From positions 134,976,001 through 135,040,000 of the forward strand of contig CM059431.1 in the NCBI GenBank assembly GCA_030390025.1: a stretch of 64,000 nt of DNA, written 5' to 3'. This document shows, one piece after another, positions 63,509 through 64,000 of this stretch. The position numbers were made by a program, and so were the translations under genes. The notes below the pieces were generated by a model. That model saw nothing but the letters and a program-made list of their open reading frames with translations, did not search any database and was not told where the DNA came from. How positions within the stretch are numbered: position 1 is the first letter of the stretch; every line of letters starts with the position of its first letter. The DNA is from Squalus acanthias (taxonomy: Eukaryota).

Positions 63509-63721
63509 AAAAATCGGAGGTACAAGCATTTACATACTTCTAACTTTATAATGATTGTTTGTTTACGATTGTATGTTACTTTGCAAGGTCTATGGATTGT
63601 CTGACAGACAACACATTTGCAATTAATCCGTTACGTTTTGCAATATATTCTGTTCATTCTTTAAGTACATAAATACCTTTTGATGCCAACCACGACTGCG
63701 TGCCAGCTGCATTCCATTCAT
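63509..63721 (-). CDS. Candidate first two coding exons of an unidentified host gene
   Basis: ATG 63721 to 63677 (MNGMQLARSRGWHQK), a 76-nt GT-AG intron, then exon 63600-63509, open in phase with donor GTAAGT. No homolog recognised. Confidence 0.3.
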
Positions 63722-63724
63722 TGT

Positions 63725-63960
63725 CCATGCGCCAGGCGCCCGGCCGCAAGGTGCTTGCCATCTCCTCCGATTGGCTGTAATAGCACCAGCCCTGCGACTG
63801 TGATTGGTTGACGTCTTCAACATTCTTCCTGAATTGACATGGTTCTCGGATTCCGATTGGTTAGAGATGGAATTAGGAGCTCAGTCTTTGAAGACAATTG
63901 GCTGCGTTTGGTGCCTCGCTCCTTGAAAGTTGACGCTGATTCGCTGGCGCGCTGAAGCTA
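63725..63960. promoter_or_regulatory. CpG-rich promoter-like region with four CCAAT boxes, a CRE-like site and an E2F-like site
   Basis: ATTGG at 63770, 63803, 63856 and 63897; TGACGTC at 63809; TTTGAA at 63887; TGGCGCGC at 63945. Non-repetitive and CpG-retaining. Confidence 0.6.
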
Positions 63961-64000
63961 CAAACCTTCCTCTTTGTCGCTCCATCTGGTAAATGTTGAG

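Noticed and set aside
1..64000. Retron, DGR, group II intron or other prokaryotic RT system
   Set aside because: Every RT here fits CR1, L2, RTE, Penelope or Gypsy motifs and element structure.

Overview
Eukaryotic, vertebrate-type DNA that is almost entirely transposable elements. The TE repertoire suggests a cartilaginous fish (inference, not verified). It holds many CR1-clade LINE copies (one near full length with an SGNH-esterase ORF1, several nested in each other), L2 and RTE fragments, two Penelope-like (GIY-YIG) elements and two copies of a SINE that shares its tail with a local LINE. It also holds a short-LTR Ty3/Gypsy element (48190-63458, 5-bp TSD) and at least seven PIF/Harbinger-related DNA transposons: three with DDE transposase plus a spliced Myb/SANT partner gene, two internally deleted derivatives and two MITEs. 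Highlights: a ~9.4-kb, 37-bp minisatellite grown from the branch-point region of intron 1 of a Harbinger Myb/SANT gene; a probable decayed hammerhead ribozyme in a Penelope tail; a hairpin-packed MITE; a multi-CCAAT promoter at the right edge with a speculative minus-strand host gene. No prokaryotic system, CRISPR array, rRNA or tRNA gene is supported. All coordinates were read by eye.
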